64,000 bases of DNA from Felis catus (taxonomy: Eukaryota), in assembly GCF_018350175.1 (NCBI RefSeq), contig NC_058368.1:228348001-228412000 (forward strand), read 5' to 3'. Shown here piece after piece: positions 12,201 to 25,379 of this stretch (positions are counted from its first letter, which is position 1; each line of letters starts with the position of its first letter). Under the pieces are notes generated by a model, which searched no databases, was not told the DNA's origin, and saw nothing but the letters and a program-made list of their open reading frames with translations. A program made the position numbers and the translations under genes.

Positions 12201-15200
12201 TGGCTAGTGGTTTATCAATTTTGTTAATTCTTTAAATGAGCCAGCTTCTAGTTTTATTGATCTGTTCTACTGTTTTTTGGTTTCGATAGCATTAATTTCT
12301 GCTCTAATCTTTATTATTTCCTGTTTTCTGCTGGTTTGGGGTTTTATTTGCTGTTCTTTTCCCAGTTCTTTAAGGAGGAAGGTTCAGTCGTGTATCTGAG
12401 ATCTTTCTTCCTTCTTTAGGAAGGCCTGGATTGCTATATACTTTCCTCTTATGACCGCCTTTGCTGCGTCTCAGAGGTTTGGAGTTGTGGTGTTATCATT
12501 TTCATTGGTTTTCATACACTTTTTAATTTCCTTTTTAACTTCTTGGTTAGCCCATTCATTCTTTAGTAGGATGTTCTTTAGTCTCCAAGTATTTGTTACC
12601 TTTCCAAATTTTTTTCTTGTGGTTGATTTTGTGTTTCATAGCATTGTAGTCTGAAAACATGCATGGTATGATCTTGATCTTTTTGTACTTGCTGAGGGCT
12701 GATTTGTGTCCCAGTATGTGGTCTATTCTGGAGGATGTTCCATATGCACTGGAGAAGAATGTATATTCTGCTGCTTTAGGATGAAATGTTCTGAATATAT
12801 GTGTTAAGTCCATCTGGTCCAGTGTGTCATTCAAAACCATTGTTTCCTTGTTGATTATTTGATTAGGTGATCTGTCCATTGGTGTGAGTGGGGTGTTGAA
12901 GTCTCCTACTATTATGGTATTACTATTAATGAGTTTCTTTATGTTTGTGATTAATTGATTTATATATTTGGGTGCTGCCACATTTGGCGCATAAATGTTT
13001 ATAATTGTTAGGTCTTCTTGGTGAATAGACCCCTTAATTATGTTATAATGCCCTTCTTCATCTCTTGATACGGTCTTTATTTTAAAGTCTAGATTGTCTG
13101 ATATAAGTATGGCTACTCTGGCTTTCTTTTGTTGACCATTACTATGATAGATGGTTCTCCATCCCTTATTTTCAATCTGAAGGTGTCTTTAGGTCTAAAG
13201 TGGGTCTCTTGTAAACAGCATATGGGTGGATCTTGTTTTCTTATCCATTCGGTTACCCTATGTCTTTTGATTGGAGTATTGAGTCCATTGACGTTTAGAG
13301 TACTGAAAGATATGAATTTATTGCTATTATGTTGCTTGTAGAGTTAGAGTTTCTGGTGGTGTTCTCTGGTCCTTTCTAATCTTTGTTGCTTTTGGTATGT
13401 ATGTATGTATGTATGTATTTAGTTAGTTAGTTTTTCATCTTTTCTCCCCTCAGAGAATCCCCCTTAAAATTTCTTGCAGGGCTGGTTTAGTGGTCACAAA
13501 CTCCTTTAATTTTTGTTTGTCTGGGAAACTTTTTATATCTCCTATTTTGAATGACAACCTTGCTGGGTAAAGAATTCTTGGCTGCATATTTTTCTGATTC
13601 AGCACATTGAATATATCCTGCCACTGCTTTCTGGCCTGCCAAGTTTCTGTGGATAGGTCTGCTGCAAACCTGATCTGTCTTCCCTTGTAGGTTAAGGATT
13701 TTTTTTTTTCCCATTGCTGCTTTCATGATTCTCTCCTTGCCTGAATATTTTGTGAATTTGACTATGATATGCCTTGTTGATGGTCGGTTTTTGTTGAATC
13801 TAATGGGAGTCCTCTGTGCATCCTGGATTTTGATGTCTGTGTCTTTCCCCAGGTTAGGAAAGTTTTCTGCTATGATTTGCTCACACAACCCTTCCATCCC
13901 TATTTCTCTCTCTTCCTCTTCTGGAACCCCTATGATTCTGATGTTATTCCTTTTTAATGAGTCACTGATTTCTCTAATTCTTAAATCATGCTCTTTTGCC
14001 TTAATCTCCCTTTTTTTTCTGCTTCATTATTCTCCATATGTTTGTCCACTATATCACTGATTCTGTGTTCTGCCTCATCCACCCTTGCTGCCATGGCATC
14101 CACTCGAGATTGCAGCTCAGTTATAGCATTTTTTATTTCACCCTGACTAGCTTTTACTTCTTTCATCTCCACAGAAAGGGATTCTAATCTATTTTCGGCT
14201 ACCGGCTAGTATTCTTATTATCGAGATTCTAAATTCTGGTTCAGACATCTTGCTTGTATCTGTGTTGGTTAACTCCCTGGCTGTCGTTTCTTCCTGCTCT
14301 TTCTTTTGTGGTGAATTCCTTCGTTTTGACATTTTGAAGGGAGAAAAGGAGTTAATGTGGTAGACAAAAATTAAAATAAAATTAAAATAAAAAATTAAAA
14401 TTAAAAAATTAAACACATACACACAAAATATCAAATAAATGATGCTGGATCTTAGGTGTGTTTTGGTCTCGGTGTTGAAAGTGGCTTGATAGATTAGAGA
14501 AAAAAGGTGAAAAAAAGAAAAAAGAAATCGTCTGAAAATTTGAAAGAATGATTACATCAGGTAGACTAAAATGAAATGATGGAAGTAAAATAGAATTGAA
14601 AAAATGTACACAAAAGTAAAAAGTGTAGTAGAAAAAAATAAAGAAAAATATTTTTAATAAAAATTGAAAATAAAAATGCATTTTTTTCTCTTTCTATATT
14701 CAAGAAAAAGAAAAGAAACAAAAAGAAAAGAAAAAAATAAGGAAGAAAATTGAACAGTTGGACCGGCCAACAGACTGAAACACAGCTGAAACCACTCTGC
14801 CCTCCTCTAGAAGTCAAACCCATGGAGTGCTCCACAGTTCACAGACCAAGCAGGCGGTGAGACCTGTGCTTCTGAAGAGCGAGGCTGACCCAGCTCAGGG
14901 GAGCCCAGTGCAACGGCTCCACTCTCCACCAGATGGTGCTGCCAGCCCACTGGGGTGGATTGCTGCAGTGCCCATGCACAGAGCCATGAAACCGCGTCAC
15001 CCAGCCACCCAGTCTCCAGCATCAGAACCCTGTTCTCCTGATGAGCAATCGCACACCTGTCCTTTGTCCTCGGCCTCCACCCAACCCCCACTTCTACACT
15101 GTCAGTGACCAAGCCCCGGGCAGCACCCCTCTCCTGAGTCCTGCCCCAGATGCGGTTGCCTTCCCCTGCCCCCCACCTCTGAGGGTCTGTGGCCCTTACT

Positions 15201-16015
15201 GATCTGCCCCACTCCGGAGGGTCCCACCAAGCAATGGCCGGATGTCGGCTGTACCCAGGAACTCCGGGGACTGCACTGCTGCCGATGCCCAGAGACCACT
15301 GCCAGGCGCCAGCCCACCCCAGAAAAAGTTTGCGAGGCAGTGTAGCAGCAGCGCCCTAGGGACCATGGAAAAATCACAACACACACCTGGCACCGGGCTT
15401 CACCCCCAATGACCCTGCTCCAGCACCAGCAAAGGAGGCCACCCTCTGGGGTCTGCTGGGCCCAGGTGGCCTCACAGCCTCCACCAAATGTCCCTCTAGC
15501 AGTGGAACTGCCTCTCCCCCTGTGGCCTGAGAACCTCCCAGATCCCACTTTATTCCCTGGGACCCAACTCTCCCACCAGAGCACCGCCAGGCATGGAGCT
15601 GCAGAGCCCCAGACTCCGCGCTCCTGCCCCTACTCCACCCACAGTCCCAACGGAATTCAAACCCTCTCCCTTCTCCCTCCCACCCCCAGGTCAGTCCCTG
15701 CAGCTGTCTCCAATCCTCCACCCTCTGTCCAGCCGCCTGGGGAGGGGTGCCCTTCCCACACTCTTACCCGCCCCTGCCATGCAAAAGTGGCCCCTGACAT
15801 CTGCAGCTTCCCTCCCCCAAGTTCACCCCTCCACACCCCACACCGCTGAAGTCCATGGCCCAGGCCATGCAGACTGCCATGTCAATCCCCAGATCAGTTT
15901 CTAGGCTCAGCAGGATGGTCCAGTGTTGGTCTGGCCTCACTCCACGGACACGAGATACACAAAAAACCTCCATGCTGTTCCGCCATCCCAGCTTTCCACC
16001 CGCCCCCGTCCCCCC
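9295..16015 (-). mobile_element. Near-full-length LINE-1, inactive
   Basis: Poly-T/3'UTR at 9295. ORF2 fragments: C-terminal 9564-10631, RT region 11057-11803 ([22 protein letters not shown]), endonuclease 12556-12981 (IVGDFNTPL, SRIDHILG). ORF1 fragments 13487-14330 (MSKRRNSPQKKEQEE). GC-rich 5'UTR ending in a YY1-like GATGGCGG at 15980-15987. Many frameshifts. Confidence 0.97.
14926..14940 (+). promoter_or_regulatory. CTCF-like motif in L1 5'UTR
   Basis: CCACCAGATGGTGCT resembles the CTCF core CCACCAG(A/G)(T/G)GGCGC. Motif match only. Confidence 0.4.
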
Positions 16016-16794
16016 ACAACTTCTAAACTTAATGTCATTTCATTCTGAACATGGTAAGTTTTTCTTCTCTTTCTATTTCATTTGTGCAAAGAAATATTAC
16101 TTAAGATACAAAGTAATAAAAGAGGAAAGACCAATGTCTGTTCCAATCTAAACACTCTAGATTCAAGATTTCCAATTTATTTCTCATTCACACTGACATA
16201 TGACCTTGACTTAATTGTCAGAACCAGTAGTGAACAGAGTGAAGTGGTTTGAAAGAAGTAGGGCTCTGGAGACCCACCAGCAGGGACCACGTCGCTAATT
16301 TGGGGGTGAGAGATTGCCATTAACAGGCAATTGTGCCATTTCTGTGCTCTGGGCAATCAAAAGCTCTCAGAGGACAAAGGGAAAAAGAGAGATAAGGGAC
16401 AGGATAGAAATATGGGTTGTGCAGAGAGGAAGGGGACTTAAGATCCTTCATCTTCCCTTCCTTCCTCTCCCCCTCCTTTCCTTCTTTCCCAGAAGTAATA
16501 TACCTTTTCCTGTAGGAGAAAGCAGGGGACATCTTTGGATGTTCAATGATAGGAAGGGAGAAATTTCACTCTGATCTGGGACTCATTTTATTGTTTGTAT
16601 ATCTGTTTATACCTAAAAATACTGAACTGATTTCTTAATGTCTCTGTATTTCTGAATGTACTTTATTAGCAGAAATTGTGATATAAAATAATATTTCTAT
16701 GTTTTTTTTCAAACTTCAATTTTGTAGAGACATAGGTTTGAGAAGAGGAGACCATAGTTTTTCAATTATGAATACAAATGTCAGTAGTTCTTAT

Positions 16795-16900
16795 TTCTTT
16801 CATTCACTCATCGAGTAACTGATTAAACAAACCTTTATTGTGTGCTTTTTATGTTTCAGCCACTGCCTTAGGTTCCGGAGATTCAGCAATGATACTATGT
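16795..16900 (-). mobile_element. L2 3'-end fragment
   Basis: ttcattcactca..aacaaacctttattgtgtgctt..cactgccttaggttccggagattcagcaatga, a typical L2 tail. Confidence 0.55.
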
Positions 16901-19900
16901 CTGTAACATTTAAATTGTCTCATTGTTCCATAAAGGGGAACGTTGATGTAATGGGGTGTATTTGCTAGGCATTCTTTGTATCAAGAAATAGCTTTAGTCA
17001 TTCCTGCTCAGTGAACTCCGAAGGGTCAAACTATATCTATTGTCAGGGTACATGTTGCAATGAAGGAAGCTGGAATGCTTCAGGAACACCGTACAGAAAC
17101 CTGTGTCTTAGCCTAATTGAGACAGGGTCAGAATCTGAGGCAGCACTAGGGATAAGCAGCTAGACTCATCTGATCTCCAGACTAATGTTCTGCCATTTAT
17201 GTGCTCTATTGGTCTTCATGTCTTTGTGCATGTTCTTCTTCCTACTGATACTGTTTGTCATCAGCATCTTCTCTATTTTATCCTTCCAATACCATTGGGC
17301 TTTTTTTTTTTTTAATAATTTATTGTCAAGTTAGCTAACATACAATGTATACAGTGTAGTTTTGGCTTTGGGAGTAGATTCCTGTGATTCATCACTTACA
17401 TACAACACCCAAATCTCATCCCAACAAATGCCCTCCTCAATGCCTATCATCCATTTCCCCCCCCCCCCAATTCTCCATCCCCATCAATCCTTAGTTTGTT
17501 TTCTGTATTTAAGAATATCTTATGGTTTGCCTCCCTGTCTGTAACTTATTTTCTTTCCTTTCCCTGATGGTCTTCTGTTAAGTTTCTCAAATTCCACATA
17601 TGAGTGAAATCTGTCTACTTCTGAGTGACTTATTTCACTTAGCATAATACCCTCCAGTTCCATCCACGTTGTTGCAAAGGGAAAGATTTCATTCTTTTAC
17701 ATTGCTGAGGAGTACTTCATTGTACATATATACCACACCTTCTTTATCCATTCGTCCTATGGACATTTAGGCTCTTTCCATAATTGGGCTATTGTTGAGA
17801 GTGCTACTATAAACATTGGCATGCATGTGCTCCTATGAATTAGCACTCCTGTATCCTTTGGATAAATTCCTAGTAGTTCTATTGCTGGGTCGTAGGGTAA
17901 TTCCATTTTTAATTTTTTCAGGAACCTCCATACTGCTTTCCAGAGTGGCTGTACCAGTTGGCATTTCCACCAGCAGTGCAAGAGGGTTTCAGTTTCTCCA
18001 CATCCTCACCAACATCTGTTGTTTCCTGGGTTGTTAATTTTAGCTACTCTGACTGGTTTGAGGTAGTATCTTAATGTGGTTTTGATTTTTATTTCCCTGA
18101 TGATGAGCCATGTTGAGCATCTTTTCATGTGTCTGTTGGCCATCTGGATGTCTTCTTTGGAAAAGTGTCTATTCATGTCTTCTGCCCATTTTTCACTAGG
18201 TTATTTGTTTTTTGGGTGTTGAGTTTGGTAACTTCTTAATAGGTTTTGGATACTAACCCTTTATCTGATATGTCATTTGCAAATATCTTTTCCATTCAAT
18301 TGGTTGCCTTTTAGTTTTGTTGGCTGTTTCCTTTTCAATGCAGAAGCTTTTTATCTTGATGAGGTCCCAATAGTTCATTTTTGCTTTTAATTCCCTTACC
18401 TTTGGAGACGTGCCAAGCAAGAAATTGCTGTGGCTGAGGTCAAAGAGGTTGTTGCCCGTTTTCTCCTCTAGGGTTTTGATGGTTTCCTGTCTCACATTTA
18501 GGTCTTTCATCCATCTTGAGTTTATTTTTGTCTATGGTGTAAGAAAAGTGGTCCAGTTTCATTCTTCTGCATGTTGCCGTCCAGTTCTCCCAGCACCATT
18601 TGCTAAAGAGACTGTCTTTTTTCCCTGCTTTGTCAAAATTAGTTGGCCATACATTTGTGGGTCCATTTCTGGGTTCTCTATTCTATTCCATTGGTATATG
18701 TGTTTGTTTTTGTACCAATACCATACTGTCTTGGTGACGGCAGCTTTGTAGTAGAGGCTAAAGTCTGGGGTTGTGATGCCTCTATCTTTGGTTACCTTTT
18801 TCAACATTACTTTGGCCCCAAATATGGGGTCTCTTATGGTTCCATACAAATTTTAGGATTGTTTGCTCTAGCTCTGTGAAGTATACTGGTGCTATTTTGA
18901 TTGATATTGCATTGAATGTGCAGATTGCTTTGGGTAGTATTGACTTTTTAACAATATTTGTTCTTCCAATATGTGAATGTGGAATATTTTTCCATTTCTT
19001 TGGGTCTTCTTCAATTTCTTTCATAAGCTCTCTATAGTTTTCAGCATGCAGATCTTTTACATCTTTGGTTAGGTTTATTCCTAGGTATTTTATGGTTCTT
19101 GGTGCAATTTGTAAGTGGGACTGATTCCTTGATATCTCCTTCTGTTGCTTCATTATTGATGTTTAGAAATGCAACCCATTTCTGTACATTGATTTTACAT
19201 CCTGTGATTTGCTGAATTCATGAATCAGTTCTAGCAGGTTTTGGGTAGTCTTTCACATTTTCCATGTAGCGTCTCATGTTATCTGCAAAAAGTGAAAGTT
19301 TCACTTCTTTGCCAATTTGAATGCCTTTTATTTCATTTTGTTGTCTGAATGCTGAGGCTAGGACTTCCAACACTGTGTTAAACAACAGTGGTGACAGTGG
19401 ACATCCCTGTCGTGTTCCTGATCTCAGGGGGAAAGCTCTATGTTTTTCCCCATTGAGGATGATATTAGCTGTGGGTCTTTCATCTATGGCTTTTATGATG
19501 TTAAGGTATGTTTCTTCTATCCTGAATTTCTTGAGGGTTTTTATTAAGAAACGATGCTGTATTTTGTCAAATGCTTTTTCTGAATCTGTTGACAGGATCA
19601 TGTGGTTCTTATCGTTTCTTCTATTAATGTGATGTATCACATTGACTTATTTGTGAATACTGAACCTGCTCTATAGCCCAGGAATGAATCTCACTTGATC
19701 ATGGTGAATAATTCTTTTAATATACTGTTGAATTCAATTTGTTAGTATCTTGTTGAGAATTTTTGCCTCTATGTTCATCATGGATATTGGCCTGTACTTC
19801 TCCTTTTCAGCGGGGTCTTTGTCTCATTTGGGAATCAAGGTAATGCTGGCTTCATAGAATGAGTATGGAAGCTTTCCTTCCATTTCTACTGTTTGGAACA

Positions 19901-22694
19901 ACTTGAGAAGAATAGGTATTAATTCCACTTTAAATGTGGTAGAATTCCTCTGTGAAGCCTTCTGGCCCAGGACTCTTATTTGTTGGGAGATTTTTGATAA
20001 CTGATTCCATTTCTTCACTGGTTATGGGTCTGTTCAAATTTTCTATTTCTCCTCATTAGAGTTTTGGTAGTGTGTAGGTGTCTAGGAATTTTTCTATTTC
20101 TTCCAGGTTGTCCAGTTAGCTGGCATATAGTTTTTTTATAGTGTTTTCTAATACTTGTTTGTATTTCTATGGTATTGGTTGTGATCTCTCCTCTTTCATT
20201 TTTGATTTTATCTATTTAGATCCCCTCTCTTTTCTTTTTGAGAAGTCTGGCTAGGAGTTTATCTGTTTTGTTTATTCTTTCAACAAACCAGCACTTAGAT
20301 TCATTGATCTGTTCTACTGTTTTTGTTTGTTTGTTTGTTTTGATTCTATATTGTTTATTTCTGCTATAATCTTTATTAATCCTCTTCTGCTGGCTTTGGG
20401 CTTTCTTTGCGGCTGTGTTTCTAGTTCCTTTAGGTGGGAGGTTAGATTATGTATTTGGGATTTTTCTTGCTTCTTGAGATAGGCCTGGATTGCAATGCAT
20501 TTTCCTCTTAGAACTGCCTTTGCTGTATCCCAAAGGGTTTGGACTGTCATGTTTCCATTTTCATTTACTTCCATATATTTTGTAATTTCTTATTTAATTT
20601 CCTGGTTGATCCATTCATTCTTTAGTAGGATATTCTCTAACTTCCATGCATTTGGAGGCTTTCCAAATTTTTTCTTGTGGTTGATTTCAAGTTTCATAAC
20701 ATCGTGATCTGAAAATATGCATGGTATAATCTCAATCCTTTTATATCAGTTGAGGGTTGTTTTGTTACCCAATGTGTCATCTATTTTGGAGAGTGTTCCA
20801 TGTGCACTCAAGAAAAATGTATATTCTTTTGCTTTTGGATGAAAAGTTCTGAATATATCTGTGAAGTCTATCTGGTCCAGTGTATCATTCAAAGCCATTG
20901 TTTCCTTATTTATTCTATGTCTAGATGATCTGTCCATTGTTGTAAGTGGAGTATAAAAGTCACCTATAATTACAGAATATTATCAGTAAGTTTGCTTATG
21001 TTTGTGATTAATTGATTTATATATTTGGGAACTGCACCTTGGGGGCATAAACATTTATAATTTTTAGCTCTTCTTAATGGAAAGACCCTTTAATTATGAT
21101 ATAATGCCCTTCTTCATCTCTTGTTATAATCTTTGGTTTAAAACCTAGTTTGTCTGATATAAGTATGGCTACTCCAGCTTTCTTTTAACATCCAGTGGCC
21201 TGATAGATGGTTCTCCAGCCCCTCATTTTCAATCTGAAGGTGTCCTCAGGTCTAAAATGAGTCTCTTATAGGCAGCATATAGATGAATCTTGGTTTTTTA
21301 TCCATTCTGATACTGTATGTCTTTTGATTGGGGCATTTAGTCCGTTTATATTCAGAGTGATTATTGAAAGATATGAATTTAGTGTCATTGTTTTTTCTGT
21401 AAGTTTCATGCTTGTGCTGATATTTCTGGTCCTTTGTAGTCTTTGCTGCTTTCCATTCACATAGTCCCCCTTTGGATCTCTTACAGGGCTGTTTTAGTGG
21501 CCGTGAACTCCTTTAGTTTTTATTTGTCTGGAAAAGCCTTTATCTCTCCTTCTATTCTGAATGACAGTCTTGCTGGATAAAGGATTCTTGGTTGCATGTT
21601 TTTCCTATTCAGAACATTGAATATTTCCTGCCACTCCCTTCTGGCCTGCAAAGTTTCAATGGACAGGTCTGCTACTACCCTTATGTGTCTTCCCTTCCAG
21701 GTTAAGGTCCGTTTGTCCCTAGCTGCTTTCAGAATTCCCTATTTTTGTATTTTGCCAGTTTTACAATGTTATGTTGTGGTGTTGACCTGTGTTTGTTGAT
21801 TTTGAAGGCAGTTCTCTGTGTCTCCTGGATTTGGATGTCTGCTTCCTTCCCCAGATTTGGAAAGTTGATCAGCTATAATTTGTTCAAATAAACCTTCTGC
21901 CCCTTTCTCTTTCTTTTCATCTTCTGGAATTCCTATGATACAGATATTATTTCATTTCATTGAATCACTTAGGTCTCTGAATCACTTGTGGTCTAGTAGC
22001 TTCCTATCCCTTTTTTTCTCAGTTTCATCATTTTCTGTAATTTTATCTTCTATTTCACCTATCCTCCCCTCTGTTTCTTCCATCCTTGCTGCCACTGCAT
22101 CTAGTTTATTTTGCATCTAACTTACAGCATTTCTTAATTTGTGTTAGGTCCTTGATCTCTGCAGCAATAGATTCTCTGCTGTCTCCTATGCTTTTTTCAA
22201 GCCTAGCTGTTAGTCTTATGACTATTACTGTAAATTCATGTTCAAATATATGGTTTACATATGTTTTGAACAATTCTCTGGCTGTCATTTCTTCCTGGAA
22301 TTTCTTTTGAGGAGAATTCTTCTGTTTTGTCATTTTTGCTAGTTTTCGGTCTTTTATGTGTTTTAATAGTTTGTTATGTGCCCCGCATTTGCAAGTACTC
22401 CTGTATTAAAAAGGGATCATACCCTGTCCAGGGCCTGGCACTTCAGGAAGTGTTTTTGGAGTGTGTTGCATGCCCTCTGTTGTTGTGTCTTTGGTTGCTT
22501 GATCTCACTGCTTGTAGTGGTGGATTGGACCTTCCACTAGGGGTGCTTTGATTTGTTCATTAAGGTAGCCTTGGCAAAAAGGAAAAAGGCTGGGGCAGGG
22601 AGAAGTCTTTTCCCATACAAAGAGAGAAAGGACAGGGGCAGAAAAAAAAAAAAAAGAAAAAAGACCAGGAAGAGAATCAAAGAAACTATAAGTC

Positions 22695-22902
22695 CTGGCA
22701 CCTGGGTGGCTCAGTTGGTTAAGCTTCTGACTTTGGCTTAGGTCATGATCTCCTGGTTCATGAGTTCGAGCCCCACATTGGGCTCTGTGCTGACAGCTTA
22801 GACCCTGGAACCTGCTTTGGATTCTGTGATTCCCTCTCTCTCTCTCCCCTTCCTCCACTCATTCTCTGACTCTCTGTCTCAAAAAATAAAACGTTAAACA
22901 AA
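22695..22902 (+). mobile_element. CAN-SINE nested in L1 5'UTR
   Basis: Full SINE. TSD aaagaaacta(t/c)a on both sides. Confidence 0.93.
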
Positions 22903-23014
22903 AAGAAACTACAGGATTAATCCACAGAGAGTGAGAGGAAAATAAAGAAGAAGGAGATAGAGAAAAAGTGTAAAAAGAATAGAGTAAAAATGACTGATTA
23001 AACAAACAACCAGA

Positions 23015-23130
23015 AAAGAGAAGGAAGAAAAGAAAGAAGGAAAAAAAGAAAGAAGTAAAGAAAGAAAGAAAGAAAGAGGAGAAGAAGAAGAAGAAGAAGA
23101 AGAAGAAGAAGAAGAAGAAGAAGAAGAAGA
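23015..23130. repeat. Polypurine tract ending in pure (GAA)n
   Basis: Direct reading. Pure GAA run about 23082-23130. Confidence 0.95.
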
Positions 23131-23276
23131 AATATATATGATAAGAATTGATCAAAAATGAAATCAGAAATTATGAGGCTGATTCCAAAGGGGGAAGAAA
23201 AAAAAGATGGGAGTAGAAAGAAAGAGAAGAGAAAAGAGAAGAGAAGTAAAGAAAGGAGAAAAAAATAATGATAGTT

Positions 23277-23323
23277 AAAAACAAAACAAAACAAAACAAA
23301 ACAAAACAAAACAAAACAAAACA
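23277..23323. repeat. (AAAAC)n microsatellite
   Basis: Direct reading. Confidence 0.95.
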
Positions 23324-24513
23324 GATCAACATGTAAAACTCACAGTGCCTGGGATCCGTGGCTGTGCTGGTCTGGAGGAGGCTGTCTGGTTGCTCAGTGT
23401 CCTTCCAGTTCCAGTAGATACACAGTTACCAGCACGGAGGGGTGGGGGTTGGTGTAGGCGCCCCCCCCCACCCCACTGGGGCCGCTGTCCTGCACCCTGA
23501 AGCCCCACCATGTTGGTGTTGGAGAGAAAAATGGCGACTCCCCTACCTATCCTCCCGGACTGGGTGTCCCAAACCACGCTGCGTAGGCAGCCCTTGAGAG
23601 CAGCACGGCTTGTCCTGCTCCACAGTCTCCCATGCCTCCTGGGTGCTCGGCTGGATTTCAAACCCTGATGTTTTAAAGGATCCCGCACCTTGCGGACCTG
23701 TTTCTGGGTAGTGCCATTCCTCCCAGTCGACAAAGGGCCTCTAGCTGGTGCCTGCAGGGTCCTTTGTCTTTGGGGGGGGGGGGGGGTGCGATTTACCCTC
23801 TTCCCACAGTACTTAAGGGAGGGGACTGTTCTCTCTCAGTGTGCCTCTGAGATCACTACCCACCACGCCGGCTCGCACACTGTGGTCTCCAGTCCGGAGA
23901 AAGTCGTGCAAACCCTGACAACTCTGACCTTTAGGGCCTAAGGCTGCTTGCAAAGTAGAAACCGGTTCTCTCTGTATTTCTTGTTCTCCAGTCTGCGGTC
24001 CATGGTTTTTCTCTTGTCCACATGCAATCCCATACTTCCACAGCCTCTCTTTCTCTTCCTTTTGTTTCTCCACTGAAGGGTTTCCCCCCACTATGTGCCT
24101 ATGCTGCCCATTTTCTCTCTCCCAATTCGCATACATGCACCTCTGCCCTGCCAAGCTGTCTTTTTCCACCTGTGGAGATTTTTCCATCACTCTGTAGCCT
24201 GGATTCCTGGTATTCCAAGTGTTCTGACCTCAGTACTGCTGGGTTTGAGGAACTAGGGAAATTCCAGTCCCCCTAATTCTCCGCCATCTGACTCTCTTCT
24301 GTACCTTAGGGCTTTGTTGCCTCCTTATTACTCTGGCTTTCCCACCTACTTCCAACTTGAGCTCTCTATTTGATTTATTTATTTCCCAGTTTATTTCCAA
24401 GAGAGACTATCTGGCTGGCCCAACTGTCCAGCATTACTCTGCTTATAAACTGTCTTGGGCTATAATGGAAAGATCATTGAGATTTGTAGCTTTTTCCTGA
24501 CTGTCAATATATT

Positions 24514-25155
24514 TGATGCGTGATCATTAAACCCAATGGTCAAGAAAGAATTCTTGAGATGTTTATGGTATAAATAGGTGTTTTTATTGAAGCATGGAGA
24601 CAGGACCCGTGGGCAGGAAAGAGCTGCACTGGGATAGTAAGAAGTGACTGGTTATATACTTTTAAGTTGGGGGGTGAGGGAGAGAGATAACCTAAGTCTC
24701 TAAAAGGGTTTCTGCATGTTAAATTTTTTTTATGTTTATTTACTTTCGAGAAAGAGAGAGAGAGACAGAGTGTGAACAGGCGAGGGGCAGAGAGAGAGGG
24801 AGACACAGAACTCGAAGTGGGCTCCAGGCTCTGTGCTGACCGCACAGAGTTTGTGAGGCTCAAACTCACAAGCCAGGAGATTGTGACCTGAGCTGAAGTC
24901 AGAGGCTCAATTGACTGAGCCCCCCAGGTGCCCGTAAAAGGGTTTCTCTGTGTTTAAGAAGAGTAACACGATCTTGGAGTTCTGGCCATTGTCAAGATAA
25001 GGTTGTTTTAGTTTCTAGCAAAGCATTCACATTAAGGCAGCCATGAGTTCCTTGAGGAATGTCATGCCCTGCTTGTCTCAGGTATTTATCAATGGGCTGC
25101 AAGTTGTAAGGAAATTTACTTTGGCCTACATTTCTCTTGCCTTTGTTGACCTCAT
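24514..25155 (-). mobile_element. Carnivore-type solo LTR interrupted by a SINE
   Basis: tgatg...cctca termini, minus-strand AATAAA near 24585, homologous to the LTR at 277-734. Confidence 0.7.
24721..24933 (-). mobile_element. CAN-SINE nested in LTR
   Basis: TSD taaaagggtttct at 24701 and 24935. Confidence 0.93.
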
Positions 25156-25379
25156 TATGTTGAAACACCTACTTTTCTGTGTACGTTCATATGCGTTTGA
25201 CTAAAATGTGAGTTTGGCTTGTGGCATCATCTGAGTGATGTCGGGAAGGCATCTAAATATCTTTTCAGGGAACTACCTGACTCTGAAATTATAATCATTA
25301 TAGATGGTGTGCTGAGCCTAGTTTTAATTTCCCTTCTTATACAGAGCACCAAGGAAGGACAAGGTCCAACCTTGAAGAT

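Larger units (their letters stand above)
17301..24301 (-). mobile_element. Near-full-length LINE-1 of a different carnivore subfamily, inactive
   Basis: Poly-T at 17301. ORF2 fragments 17757-21460 ([26 protein letters not shown]). ORF1 start MTKQKNSPQKKFQEE at 22333. YY1-like GATGGCGG at 24281-24288. Degenerate TSD taccattgggcttt (17290) / taccttagggcttt (24302). Confidence 0.97.

Noticed and set aside
9564..22333. RT, endonuclease and ORF1-like ORFs as functional genes or a novel RT system
   Set aside because: They are ordinary LINE-1 ORF1/ORF2 pieces broken by many stops and frameshifts. The plus-strand ORFs here are antisense shadows.
22859..23309. Poly-Phe/poly-Leu hydrophobic ORFs (also 60756-61034 and 63706-63924)
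   Set aside because: They are translations of microsatellites.
277..25155. Two similar LTRs as the ends of one provirus
   Set aside because: They are visibly diverged from each other. The interval holds ancient L1M/L2 and unique DNA, with no gag/pol/env remnants and no shared TSD.
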